Made by a program: the position numbers and the translations under genes
Source of the DNA: Eledone cirrhosa
Lineage: Eukaryota
Assembly (NCBI GenBank): GCA_964016885.1
Contig: OZ024740.1
Span: 109,864,001-109,928,000 of the forward strand
Length of the DNA: 64,000 nucleotides
Direction of reading: 5' to 3'
The notes under the pieces: generated by a model
Told to the model about the DNA's origin: nothing
What the model saw: only the letters and a program-made list of their open reading frames with translations
Databases searched by the model: none
In this document: piece after piece, positions 1 through 12,740 of the stretch
Layout of the letters: the number at the start of each line of letters is the position of its first letter
Numbering within the stretch: position 1 is the first letter of the stretch

Positions 1-39
1 GTGTGTGCATGTGTGTGTGTGTGTGTGTGTGTGTATATT

Positions 40-76
<37 letters not shown>

Positions 77-470
77 TCTAAACCCATGCTAGTGTGGAAG
101 ATAGACGTTAAACGATGATGATGATGATATATATATATATAGAGAGAGATGTTTACTATATTTAGGTTTAATTGATACATATAATATATATATATATTGA
201 TTATGTTTCTCAATAAAAAAGGTCCATGAACATTAGTGCAGAGCATTAATCATAAAAGTTTAAACAATATATAAAAAGGATATATATCAATTGAGAAACT
301 ACTAGTATTTTGTACATATATAAAGAGCAAATAATCTGTAAGTAAATATACTTAACACAAGGTGGTAACAAGCCTATAATATATATATATATAACAAAAG
401 AAGTGTGGTAAGGAACCAGATGGACGATAATGCACCAGAGTACTCAATACTTAGGGTAGTAGAGTGGGTA

Positions 471-596
471 ATAGGAAAATGTTTAACCCTGACGGCAGAG
501 CTCAAGCTGTTTTGACGGCTATTTCTGGACACCAGAATCCAGAAATAGCTGTCGAAACGGCTTGAGCTCTGCCGTTGGGGTTAAACATTTCCCTAT
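471..596. repeat. Foldback palindrome (59-bp arms, 8-nt loop) at a Penelope-like terminus
   Basis: 471-529 is the reverse complement of 538-596 with 6 transition mismatches; arms contain GAAACGGC-loop-GCCGT(C/T), a hammerhead stem III plus cleavage triplet. Confidence 0.85.
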
Positions 597-974
597 CATC
601 ATCCTCATTTTACGTCCACTTTTCCCTGCTTGCAAGGGTTGGACGGGTCCTATTCAGCACAGCATCTCTCCACTTGTCACGGTCCTTCGTCATCTCCTCG
701 GTGAGTTTCATCGATCTGAGGTCTGCTCTCACCACCTCCGCCCATGTTTTTCGTGGTCTACTTCTACTGCGTCTTCCTTCTACTGTGATTTCTTGGCACT
801 TCTTTACCCAGTGGTCATACTCCATGCACATCACATGTTCACACCATCTCAGCCTTCTCTCCTGCACACCACAACTTATCCCTCTTATACCCAGTTTCTT
901 TCTCAACTCATCTATGCTTGGTCGTTCACGCATATTGACATTGCACATCCAATGGAGCATACTTGCTTCATTTC
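597..974 (-). mobile_element. RTE-clade LINE 3' fragment (subfamily B, short 3' UTR, (GAT)n tail)
   Basis: ORF 610-960 RRLRW..HVM..GRRSRSRPRKTW..DRDKWR; closely matches 19393-19775; tail aaaatgaggatgatgat. Confidence 0.9.
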
Positions 975-984
975 TCTATATATT

Positions 985-1042
<58 letters not shown>

Positions 1043-1094
1043 TACATATATACATATATATATATGTAATGTTACTTGATAGAGTGCATAGCTC

Positions 1095-1346
1095 GGAGAT
1101 ATGAGAGATCACAGCTCCAATGTGGTTAGAATGTCACAGGATAGAATCGCTGGACAGATTTTATCGGCAAAACCATCTGGCAAGACAGCCAGGGGTAGAC
1201 CCTCCAAGCAAGATGGTTGGATAACATCCGTGAGCTTGGTTGGTCTCGTTTGGAGAGGGATCAGTTGCAGATGGTTACTTCTGACAGGACCTGCTGGAAG
1301 GAGTGTTTGAGGACCCTCTCAGGAATAAGTGGGCAAAGAAGAACAA
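1095..1346 (+). mobile_element. RTE-like LINE 3' fragment (subfamily C, (GAA)n tail)
   Basis: Encodes VVRM..RIAGQIL..GKTARGRP..W.DNI..DRTCWK across a frameshift; ends ataagtgggcaaagaagaa; same family at 17383-17590 (+) and 25524-25640 (-). Confidence 0.7.
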
Positions 1347-1439
1347 TATGTTTGTTTATATATATATATAATCAGTTCCCAACAGTTGCATTACACAGAT
1401 ACTCAAGTTTCATTGGGTTTAACCACATTGTATATATTT

Positions 1440-1470
<31 letters not shown>

Positions 1471-1513
1471 CATACATATATATACATCTACATACATATA
1501 TACACGTACATAT

Positions 1514-1966
1514 GGTGGCTGCCAACTCGTTTTCGAGTACGGCCACTACTTTATATCCATGTAGGAGAACCCCTACTGATGCGCTAAACGAGTGTGACTT
1601 TTCAGTCCAGCCAGCGACTTGAAAACTCGGGTACAAACACTACACTTGTGACAATTATTGACACATAGTGCTGGGCCCATGGTACCATGTCACGACAAGT
1701 GCAGAGAGATCTCCAGATATAAAGCAATGCCTGTGCCGTGAAGCTTTTATAGTGAGCAAAGGCACTGCACAAAGCCAGTCCCACTCTCTTAACCAAGATG
1801 ATATTTACCAAAAAGAAGAACAAGTCAACATCATTGGATACCATCAGAGTTGCAGGTGTTATATCAGAGTTTTCCTTCTCCTAGAATTCTGCCTCGACAA
1901 AGGCTAAGGGGTCATCTCTCCCGGTGATTTTGGATGGCCATTGACTCTTAAGAGCTCCTTTGCCCT
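1514..1966 (-). mobile_element. 5'-truncated non-autonomous retroelement with 41-bp flanking direct repeat
   Basis: Reverse complement of 4009-4448; 1473-1513 and 1967-2007 are identical. Confidence 0.8.
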
Positions 1967-2276
1967 TACATATATATACATCTACATACATATATACACG
2001 TACATATATAGGTGATGTTGTTGCTGACCTTGGTGTGGTGGTTATTGTTGTTATTGCCAATGTATTCTCTACATTACTATTCCAAACTTTTTCTGTTGTG
2101 ACTTATGTTTGTCTTCTTATTTTCCTTGTGTCCCTTTTATATTTATGCAGTAATTTTTTCTATTGTTTTATTTTTCATCCTTTTTGTGGTCTTTAAATGT
2201 AAAATTATAGTTATTTGTTTACCTATCACCCCCCCCCCATTAATAAGTTTGGATGCGTCTTTGCGCATATAAACTT

Positions 2277-2375
2277 GCATATCTGATGAGATGGTGAGGA
2301 AGAGTCGAGCTTCGGTCATTATGATTGTACCCTGAGCTGATCAAGATTAAAATAATTGTAATATGCCAATAAAGT
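2277..2375 (+). ncRNA. Degenerate type I hammerhead motif plus AATAAA (Penelope-like pLTR remnant)
   Basis: GCATAT-CTGATGA...AAAATAATTGTA-ATATGC: perfect 6-bp stem I, GUA triplet, GAAAC decayed to AAAAT; poly(A) signal follows immediately. Confidence 0.55.
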
Positions 2376-2444
2376 TTATATATATTCTGCAACACTGACT
2401 TTGCTCCTACTTACTTCATATATATATATATATACACACACACA

Positions 2445-3100
2445 AGGGAGAAATTAGGAATAAGAGGGATGAGATGTTGTTTACTCGAGAGAAGGCTACG
2501 TTGGTATGGTCACGTGATGCGCATGAAAGACGACAGCTGTATAAAAAAGTGCAGGGCGATAAAAATAGACGGTAGCCACGGAGTAGGCAGACCCAGAAAA
2601 ACCTGGGACGACTTGATAAATTCCGACCTCACACACTTACACCTCTCCAAGACAATGTCACTGGACTGAGATCTTTGGCGCTACACAGTAATACAAAAGA
2701 CCCGCCTTGCCTAAGTACAAAGTGAAACCTACAGTCAGTAGGCACCTCTAACAAAAATACACCCCGGCCCCACTACCCCCACCCCATGCACACCACCCCC
2801 TTCAATGTGAAGTTATGTTGGTGCCACAACATCCAGTCCGAAACAAATGAGGTCGTGTAGGTGTCACGACAAAAAACACACAGTCCATGCTGTAATGTGG
2901 CCATGTAGGTAACACGGTAAAAACCTCCCAGTCCCACACTGTAAACGTGGTTGGTGTTAGGAAGGGCATCCAGCCATAGAAAACCCACCAGACAGTCCTA
3001 TACGAGCAGGACAACCAATCTTGCCTCAAGTGGGAAAACTCCCGTCCAAACCCATGCAAGCGTGGAAGATGGACATTAAACGATGATGATGATGATGATG
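2445..3100 (+). mobile_element. RTE-clade LINE 3' fragment (subfamily A) with 3' UTR and (GAT)n tail
   Basis: ORF 2469-2669 nearly identical to the C-terminus of ORF 61391-63508; same UTR as the 34.8-kb and 51.1-kb copies. Confidence 0.92.
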
Positions 3101-3857
3101 ACACACACACACTCAATATCGCCACAAGCATGGCTATGGGTTAAGAAATTTGTTACACAACCATGGAGCATTCATGGGAGCTGCTGAGGCTACAGCCCAC
3201 CCTATGTATTTTCCCTAAACATTTAATAATAATAATGAGGCATAGTACAACAAGAAGCATTTTAGTGCCACCTTCCCTGCTTTTGGAGGGAAGGTGGCCA
3301 TGCGAGCCACATGATAAGCTTCAATGTATATCTGGTTTAAAATAGGTACATGGTATGTCAGTGTGTTGTAAGAAGTGTTTAAAGGAGTTGGTCATAGAAC
3401 AATGCCCATAAAAGGATCTCATGTTGAGTGTAATAACTGAGGTACAATTTAATAGTGATAAGAAACTTTCATGAGAGCTGAATAGCAGAAGGTTTTCAGA
3501 GAACCCCACCCAACTCAAGCAAGTATTTTAACAGTATTTTAACACCTCTAACACCTGGGTCTTGGGTTTTACCCTACTGTGTGGTACACCATGAACAGGC
3601 ATCTTTGACTATAGCCATGGACTGACTAATGCTCTTAGATGGAACTTAGGAGATGGAAATTGTATGTATGTGTGTGTGTGTTTGTGTGTTTGTGTGTACT
3701 GTCTCTCTCTTAATATTGCGTTTTTTTTTTACCAGCCACCATCTGATGTAAAGGAAAGGAATTTTCTGTAGTCCCTTGTGCAATTGTTCATGTATGTATG
3801 TAGGCATGTATGTACATACATAGGCATGTATGTATGTAGGTATGTATGCATATATGT

Positions 3858-4448
3858 CAGTCACCAGTTGGTGCTACTGGTAACATGTATCCCTGTACAA
3901 CCTGTCTCATGGTTGGGTCGTTGGCGACTAAACTGGCAACCCCACCAAGGTTTCTTGGTGAGGAGGGTGACTTTGGACATCCTGCAGGACTAAAAACAAA
4001 ACCTGTCAAAGGGCAAAGGAGCTCAAAAGAGTCAATGGCCATCCAAAATCACCGGGAGAGATGACCCCTTAGCCTTTGTCAAGGCAGAATTCTAAGAGAA
4101 GGAAAACTCTGATATAACACCTGCAACCCTGATGGTAGCCAATGTTGACTTGTTCTTCTTTTTGGTAAATATCATCTTGGTTAAGAGAGTGGGACTGGCT
4201 TTGTGCACTATAAAAGCTTCACGGCACAGGCATTGCTTTATATCTGGAGATCTCTCTGCACTTGTCATCACATAGTACCATGGGCCCAGCACTATGTGTC
4301 AATAATTGTCACAAGTGTAGTGTTTGTACCAGAGTTTTCAAGTCGCTGGCTGGACTAAAAAGTCACACTCGTTCAGCGCATCGGTAGGGGTTCCCCTACA
4401 TGGATATAAAGTAGTGGCCGTACTCGAAAACGAGTTGGCAGCCACCAT
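3858..4448 (+). mobile_element. ~590-bp non-autonomous retroelement in a (TATG)n tract, RTE-like 5' head
   Basis: Second copy inverted at 1514-1966; contains ggcgactaaac and tctaagagaaggaaaactctga motifs that I associate with RTE-type 5' regions; no protein-like ORF. Confidence 0.65.
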
Positions 4449-5049
4449 GTATGCATGCAGGTATGTATGTCATCATCATCATTATTCTCACCGTTTTATG
4501 TTTGTTTTCTACACTGGCATGAATTCAATGCATTGTCGTATTCTTAAACTAGACAGGTCATATGGCCATGTTCTGCTCATATGTACCTGTTTACAAAAGC
4601 TGGCTCTGGGTCTATGAAATATAACCACTCATTTTAAAGAGTTCCTATTTAAATTATAATCTAACACAAGTTTATGTAAGAAACATGTGTTATGTTACTA
4701 TTTTAGTAATGAAATAATACTTTTAGTAAATCTCCCGCCATCCAAATTCTTCATTAATTAATTGAAATAGAGTGTATTTCATTAGAAATACGGTCATGAA
4801 AGGGTTAAGAAATAAATTGAATAGAATCTGGAAATATTTCACCTATTTCTTCACACATACACAAACAACAACACACAGAGCCATATAAAGATACATATAC
4901 GATCAGACACACACATTCATGTACACACACTCATAAACATACATTTAGAAAGACAAACACACACAGGCACAGTTAATTAATATGATGGATGTTTTATCAT
5001 GTAGTCTTCTAGGTATGTTGTAATTAGCCTGATTAAGGTTGCTGAATGG

Positions 5050-5300
5050 ACTGGTGGTGTGGTGATGGTTATATATTGTGATGTTATGATGAAGGTATGG
5101 TGGTGGCCTATTGTGATGGTGGTGGTATATTGTGATGGTATGGTGGTAGTATTGTGATGGCAGTGGTATATTGTGATGGTAGTGGCATACGGTGATGGTA
5201 TGGAGGTTGTATATTTAAATTGGTGGTGGCATACTGTGACGGTGTGTGGTGGTGTGATGTTGGTGGCATATTGTGATGGTATGATGGTGGTATGTTATGA
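5050..5300. repeat. Degenerate (TGG/TGA)-rich minisatellite
   Basis: Recurring attgtgatggt..ggtggt units. Confidence 0.85.
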
Positions 5301-5904
5301 TACTCTGATGTGAATTTAATGCTTATTATCAGTTCACAATAAATATTCAAAGTATCTCCAATGTATCTGGGTTCTGGGTTCAAACCTTACTGTGCAATGA
5401 CTTTACCTTACATTCCGAGGGTAAACCAGTATCAATAAGGTTCATTCAGTAGAAGATTCCACGTCTCTATTATAAAACTGACCTGGCATATGGTTGATAA
5501 CTAGTCAAAATAAACCATTAGTTTAATGATATGAATGAGCATGTCCTAGCATCCTAGTAGTTGTACTCACAATCATAAGGTAATGGGTTCAATTCCTAGA
5601 CCAGGTGGTGTATTGTGTCTTTGAGCAAATACTTTAATGTCATGTTACTACAGTCCACTCAGTTGGAAAATAAAAAAATAAAGAAGTACCAGCATCAGCT
5701 GGGGGTTAATCCCTGCAATAGAATGGTGTCTGGTTCAGTTTTCATTATAGGATTAGTGTGCCTCTCAATAAAACATCCAAGAACCCTCCTCTGAGATGCA
5801 ACAATTGTAGCAAGCAGGCTAAACCTATATGGGTGTGAGCTGTAACAGCAACATTAGTCTAATAACTTAGAGATAACTTGGTGTTTGGGGTGCACATCAG
5901 CTGT

Positions 5905-6255
5905 CATTTTATGTCACTTTATTCAACAACATATTAAGAATGCAATTTACAAAGTTAACAAGAGAAAATAAAAAGAAAAAGAAAAGAAAAAGAAAAACAA
6001 GAAAGGAGAGTAGAGGGGAAAACTCTACACTGTTGGCTGGGTGGTATAATTCCTCTTGGACAAGATGGTGCAAGCACTACCACAAAGAGCATCCACCGAT
6101 TCCCATTGCATCAGTCATTCCACCTCACAGGCCTTTTTTTTCAGGTATGAATACCTTCTACCAATTTGGTGGAGGAAAAAAACAGATTAGGGACCAAGGA
6201 CACCAAAGATCTCAATGGCAACTGGCAAAAAAAAGAAAGAAACAGTCATTCCATG
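5905..6255 (-). mobile_element. Decayed CRE/R2-group LINE 3' end (restriction-like endonuclease C-terminus)
   Basis: Minus-strand translation FLPVAIEIFGVLGP*SVFFLHQIGRR..EVE*LMQ..SV..CGSACTIL fits FxPxAxExxGxxG..QxxS..GNA; homologous copy at 44325-44640; AATAAA downstream. Confidence 0.6.
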
Positions 6256-6352
6256 CCTGGTATTTCATTATGTTGGTTATTGTCTTAATAGCTGAGTGTT
6301 TAGTGGTGAAGACAGAGTTCTGCTACTATACAAGTGATATAGTTATGAAGCC

Positions 6353-6665
6353 ACATGGCATTGTGGTTAGGGAATTTGGTTCACAATCATAAGGTTGTGA
6401 GTTCAATTCCCAGTGGCGTGCTGTATCCTTGAGCAAGACACTTTATTTCATGTTGCTCCAGTTCACTCAGCTGGCAAAAATGAGTTGTACCTGTAAGTCG
6501 AAGCGCCAGCCATGTCACATTCTGTGTCACTCCGAATCTCCCTGAGAACTAGGTTAAGGGTACGCATGTTTGTGGAATGCTCAGCCACTTGCACGTTAAT
6601 TTCATGAGCTGGCTGTTCCGTTGATTGGATCAACTTGAACACTCGTCATTGCAGCTGGCGGAGTG
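6353..6665 (+). mobile_element. tRNA-derived SINE (CORE-like central block)
   Basis: A-box tggcattgtgg, B-box gagttcaattcc, then tccttgagcaagacactttatttc; relatives at ~5560-5730 (+), 10745-10878 (-), 45600-45770 (-). Confidence 0.75.
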
Positions 6666-7840
6666 TCTTCCTTCCATAACTGTTTCATTAGAAACCTTGG
6701 GTATCACCCTAACTCAACGATGCCCGATCCTGCGTTGACTGCGACAATGAGCAGTCAGTTATTCAATCAATCAAGCATCCTACTTTTGAATGAATGTATA
6801 ACTGGATGAGTATTCCACAGACGTGTGTACTTTTAATGTAATTCCTAGGCTGAAAAATTGTGATAAAATATGTGACGAGGCGGGACATTTGAATTACATA
6901 AAATAGCTTCTCTGATTATATTAGCTATGGGCAATTAGTTGTTTGATTAACTGAACATCTAATCTGTGAATTAACATGTGCATACATCTGTGTGTGCATA
7001 TGTGTATGTATTAGTGTGTATGTATATATATATATATATATCTGTGCATATATGTATCTGTATGTATGCTTGTATCTCTATATATATCTCTGTGTTTGTG
7101 CATACATTGTATATCTATACGTATCTGTGTGTAAGCATGTATCTATATATATCTGTGTGTTTGTGAACACATTGCATATATGCATATACCTGCATGTATG
7201 TAAGTATATATGTGTGAGTTTGTGTGTCTATGTGTGCATGTATCTGAGCATGTGTATGCATGTATCTGTATATATGTGTATGTGGTATAAGTAATTAGAT
7301 TGCTGACACAAAATATTGACAGAATATAACAAAGAGCAATGAATTTGATTTATAAAACTCATTTTGGGAGAGTTCATGTGTTTATGAATACATACATACA
7401 CTCAACACGCCTACAAATACACTCATACATCCATAAACAGACTCACACATAAGCACACATACATACATAAACACATATACGCATAAAATCACTCTCGAAC
7501 ACGAACACACACACTCTCTCCTCACACCAACACTATATTTGGCATCAGAAATGAATCCTTTATATGAGTGTGTGTGAATGTATACACTTACATACACTTA
7601 CACACAAATCTTCACATACATACATATTCCCGTCAAACATCCAACACACCCATACACACACACTATTCCTGACACCACAAATGAATCCCTTATATATTTG
7701 TGTGCGTGTGTGTGTATTTGTATACATACACACATATAAATGCATACATATTCTTCAAACAACATACATACACTTAACACTTTCTAATATAGGCACAAGG
7801 CCAGGTAATATGGAAAAGGCTCAGGAGAGTCAATATCAAA

Positions 7841-7975
7841 CCCATAATTTGACTGGTACATATTTTTATAGGACCCAGTATTTGACTGGTACATATTTTT
7901 AACAACCCCAGTATTTGACTGGTACATATTTTTATTGGACCCAGTATTTGACTGGTACATATTTTTAACAACCCA
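7841..7975. repeat. 33-bp minisatellite x4 derived from SINE body
   Basis: tttgactggtacatattttt at 7848, 7881, 7914, 7947. Confidence 0.9.
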
Positions 7976-9714
7976 AAATTCTACCAAACCCCCAACCAAC
8001 ATATATACAATAATAAATCGATGAAATGAAGACTGAAGAAATAAAGGTAAAAAAGCATTGTGCCCAACGCTCTATCAATACTGCTAATCCACTACCCTAA
8101 CCATAATAATGATAATAAAAAAATAAAATGGAAGCTGTGTTTGAGGACGACCAAAAAGGAGGGGAAAGAGCTGATCTCAAAATACTGAACATCACAACTG
8201 GAGATGACAAAGAAAGAGTGAGTGGAGGCAAGCTGTGCAGTTAAACACCTATCCAGCTCAAGCAAGCATAGAAAAATGAATGTAAAGCGATGATGATGAT
8301 GAAACACACACACACTTCACAGTTATTTAAAGCTTTGACTAACTCGATTCTGACATATGTCAAAGATTGATATGGAATTCAAATGATGGAAAAATGGACA
8401 GTGAAAATGTATTTATATTAAATTTATTCAAGCCACACATATATGGTTTCTAAAAACTCCAGAAGATCTTATATATGTATTTATATTATCTATATATAAT
8501 TATATGTGTTTATATAATCGCTATATAAATATAGGTCTTCTAGCCTTTATTGGTAGTGAGGGGCTGTGTTGTCAGTATTTTTTTTTATTGTGAATAATTC
8601 CATTGAGTATTGATCCAGGAAGATAGGAGTGTTTTGACAGTTGAGTATTTTTTGAAGACTTCTAAATAAGATGCCATGTTTTTGTTGTTGTCAGACCTCT
8701 GTTGGTTCTCACAACAAATGCTCCTCTTAGGTTTAAGCAATGTAAAGCAATGACTTCAGTAATTTCTGTTCACTTTCCTAATCGCTAAACAGATTATGAA
8801 CAATGTGTGTGTGCATATATATGCGTATATGTATGTATGTGTATATGTATGTCTGTATCTGTGTGAGTGTTTGGCAATTTCTCCATACATCACAGAGATT
8901 GCAGAACTCTCATACATATACAAACATACAATCCTATATACACACATGTGTAGGAGTTATGTATGTATGCATGTGAAGGAGTGTTCAACAATCTGATATA
9001 AGGAGAGATTGCCGAACACTCACACACATACATACTCGCAGGCACATACACACTTACACACATGTGTGTATATAGGATAGTATACATACAATGGCTGGAC
9101 ACTAAACAGATTATGTACAGTATATATTTATGTATATACACACACATACATACATAAATATATATTGTACATAATGTGTTTAGTATCCAGTCATAGAAAA
9201 CATGCCAAATATGGAATATATGAGGAAGATGAGGTCTGTAAGACCATGACAACTAATCCAATCTATGCCAGCATAGAAAGAAGATGTAAAACAACAATGA
9301 TGTGCGTTGATCCATCAGTAAACAATGAATACCATTGACTTTGGTTACATGGTTAATTAACTTCCTTGTGTCCATAGATGATGAATTGGCAAGTTGTTAG
9401 AATGTTGAAGAGACAGCATTTGGCGACAGTCCTTCTGGCTCTCTAGACTTGGTTAAGATAAACATTGCCTTTCATCATTTTGAGGTTGGTAAATAAGGTA
9501 CAAGTTCAGCACTGGGGTCAATTCTTCATCTATATCTCCATTTCATTTTCTTTGCTTCTCTCTCTATTTCTCCAGAATAAATTGGCTGAAGAGAGAGAGA
9601 AAGAGAGATATGGGCTGTGCAAGTTTTAGCTTCCCAAGACACTGCATGTCATGACAGTACACCTATGAGTCCACTAGATGTGAGTGGTTCATGGATGGAT
9701 AAATAGATAGATAT

Positions 9715-9925
9715 AGATGGCTAATGAGTCCAATTCTGACACAGAAATAATAACCACATATAGGAAACATGATATGTGGCTTTATTTGAGGTGTTGGCTG
9801 AATGGACATTGTGTTGGTCAAGTTTGGTTTCTGCTGCCTGAATGTAAGTCTCTTGTTAGGCTTTTGCATCTTTGTTGATGATGATGCCACATAGGGTCTG
9901 TTCTGAGCAAGCTGTTTCAAGGATT
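9715..9925 (-). mobile_element. Decayed RTE/BovB-like LINE C-terminus
   Basis: ORF 9663-9920 LAQNR....FPICGYYFCVRIGLISH resembles the terminal Zn-finger-like RIGLISH motif of BovB-type ORFs. Confidence 0.5.
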
Positions 9926-9951
9926 ATATATTAATACTCAATGTTACAATT

Positions 9952-10074
9952 TATTTTCTAAGTAGAAAAGCGACAGTAACTTCGAAGTTTCAGCTTAGTT
10001 GCTTCATTTGGCAGCCAAATGAAGCAACTAAACTGAAACTTCGAAATCACTGTTCCTTTTCTACTTAGAAAATA
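9952..10074. repeat. Foldback palindrome (61-bp arms) at a Penelope-like terminus
   Basis: Symmetry axis at 10013, 5 mismatches; arms contain GAAACTTCGAA(G/A)T(C/T). Confidence 0.85.
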
Positions 10075-10156
10075 TATTTCTACACTCTACTCACCAGAAT
10101 TTAGTACTCATTCAGTTAATGTTTGAATGTTTTAAGTGCTATAGCATTTTAAACAC

Positions 10157-10522
10157 ATTCTAATAATTGTTTCTACTTTTGGCACACGGCCAGCAATGAT
10201 CCTAGTGTATTACTGGTACTTTATTTTATCGACCTCGTAAGGATGAAAGACAAAGTTAACCTCGGTGGGATTTGAACTCAGATGACAAAGGGCCGTAACT
10301 CTTTGCCCTAAAGCATGGCGTCCGACTCTCTACCGATATTCTAATAATTGTTTCTACTTTTGGCACAAGGCCAGCAATTACCCAGTACATTACTGGTACT
10401 TTATTTTATCGACCCCGTAAGGATGAAAGGCAAAGTTAACCTCAACAGGATTTGAACTCAGACCGTAAAGGGACATAACTATGCTGGAAAGCACGGTATC
10501 CAACCCTCTACCGATACTGCCA
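10157..10522 (-). mobile_element. Two head-to-tail tRNA-derived SINEs (Meta/Sauria-like domain), 181-bp period
   Basis: attctaataattgtttctac at 10157 and 10338; each has a B-box and gttaactttgcctttcatcc..gtcgataaaataaagtacc on the minus strand. Confidence 0.85.
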
Positions 10523-12139
10523 CAGTCATTTCATCATCATCATCATCATCATCATTTCATTTTACGTCCGCTTTTCCCCTGCTTGCAAGGGTGGGATGGG
10601 AACTGATTCTGGCTTGATTTCTACAGCTGGATGCCCTTCCTAACACCAACCTCATTTACAGTGAGTGCTGGGTGCTTTTTTGCCGTGGCACATCCACGAC
10701 CACTTTGCAGTGGAATGATATGGACCCCAGTCCCTATCATCTCATTTCTACAGCTGAGTAAACTGGAGCAATGTGAAATAAAGTGTCTTGCTCAAGGAAA
10801 CAACACATCACCCAGTCTGAGAATTGAACTCACAACCTTTTGATTGCAAGGCTCTAACCACTAAGCCATGTGCCTCCACAGTATATTATCAATTCCAAAA
10901 GCAGAGATTGTAGTTATAGGTTTACAACACACAAGAAGGGAATAAAACAACAGCAATAATAAAGTCCCCTAAGTCAGCTATTGAAAAGACGGAAGGAAAG
11001 GAACTGATTATGAGATTGTGCCAAGGAAACTATATTTCTATTTGCTGGTACTATCTATAGGTTGCAACTCCTGAGAGCTGTGCCATCACCAATTATCTGG
11101 TGACAGAAAATGGGATTTAAACTCAGAACATGTAGAATTAGATTAGACACTGCAAAGCAACACATCTGACGTTTTAGTAATTCTGCCAATCCACTGCCCA
11201 TGGACATGGTACTTAATTAATGAACCCCCGAAACAATGAAAGGTAAAATTGCCCTCGGCAGGATTTAAACTGAAAGAGCCAGAACAGACACTGCAAAGCA
11301 TCTTGTCAAATCTTTTAACAATTCCACCAATCCATTACCCCTAGAACCAACATTTCATTTATCAATCCCAAAAGAATGAAAGGCAAAGATGACTATGATG
11401 AGATTTGAACTTGGAGTGCAGAGAGTCGGAACAATTACTGAGGCATTTATTTAATCTCATGCTCTTACAACTCTGCCAATTTGTTGCCTGTTGTTAAATG
11501 CAACTTAAAAATGGTACAGTGGCATATCGACCAAGAGAAGCAACATGAGTACAGCATAACTTGACAGTCTGGCAATCTCCAAGAGCTTCCACTATATATC
11601 ATTCTCAAGACAAAAGCTGAACACCATTAAGCTAATATTGGACATGTCAGTTCAAGAACAGAATCTGAGAGTAAAAAAAATGAATTGCTAGACAATTGGA
11701 AAGCATCACTTGAACATACTTATTCATTTAGGAAGAAAATGGCTGACTAGCTAAACTAAAAAGAAAGAGACATAGAGATGAATCCATTGATAAAAGATAG
11801 TCAATGGAATAATGAATAATAAAGAACAATGGAATAAATTAAAAAAACAAAAAAGAACAAAATAGTAAGATGGTGGACAAAAGATTGATTAGGAAGATAA
11901 AAGATAGAAAAGATTTTTTTTGTTTTTACTTTTCATTGTTTTCTATTAGAATGAAATGAATATGTCAGATTATATACATAATAATTCTATCATAGGGTAA
12001 AATGGCTTTAAAACATTTAATGGTGTGCATCTGTGTGTGGGTATATATATATGTAAAAGGTAAACAGAAATAACAACACAATTGGTACAGTATATAGAAG
12101 GTATATATTAGGTTAGCACTTGATATAGCAGGAAGAGGG

Positions 12140-12175
12140 TCTTAACGTTTCGGATGCTAGTCCTTCATCAGAAGA
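12140..12175 (-). ncRNA. Minimal type I hammerhead ribozyme motif (Penelope-like)
   Basis: Minus strand UCUU-CUGAUGA-A-GGA-cuagca-UCC-GAAACGUU-AAGA: intact core, 3-bp stem II, palindromic ACGU stem III, 4-bp stem I. Confidence 0.65.
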
Positions 12176-12740
12176 AAGAATGAGAAATAAAATAGATTGA
12201 GGGGACGGGTGGGATGGAATTGGAAAAAATGTCTTTAGATAAAAATAACAGGTCCATTCATGTTGACATCTCTTGTAATATATAAATATATATACACATA
12301 CATACATATATATGTGTGTATATATATATATTCATATATGTATACATACAATATGTATATATATATTAGAATTAGGAACAAGGTAGATGACGTCAGTCAT
12401 CACCTTTAAAATTCATAGCTAAAGGCTTTCAAATGTTTATTCGTAAACATATATTATCTCCTTATAATATATAACCAGCAATTTCTCTGTCTGTCTGTCC
12501 GACAGTGGAAACACGTGCGTGCGTGGTTGCTATCTCTCTCTCTCTCTCCAGCTATCCCTCTCTTTTAGTCTGTCTGTTTCTCTCATTCTCACTCTTTCTC
12601 TTTGTAACACACTAACATTCCTCCCCTCTATCGCTGTGACGAATGGGGAGATGGAGGAGGAGGAGGAGAGAGTCACTTCGTCACTTCACCTCTGCCTTTC
12701 TTTCTCTCCCCTCTCACTCCCTCATTACGTACAGACATTA

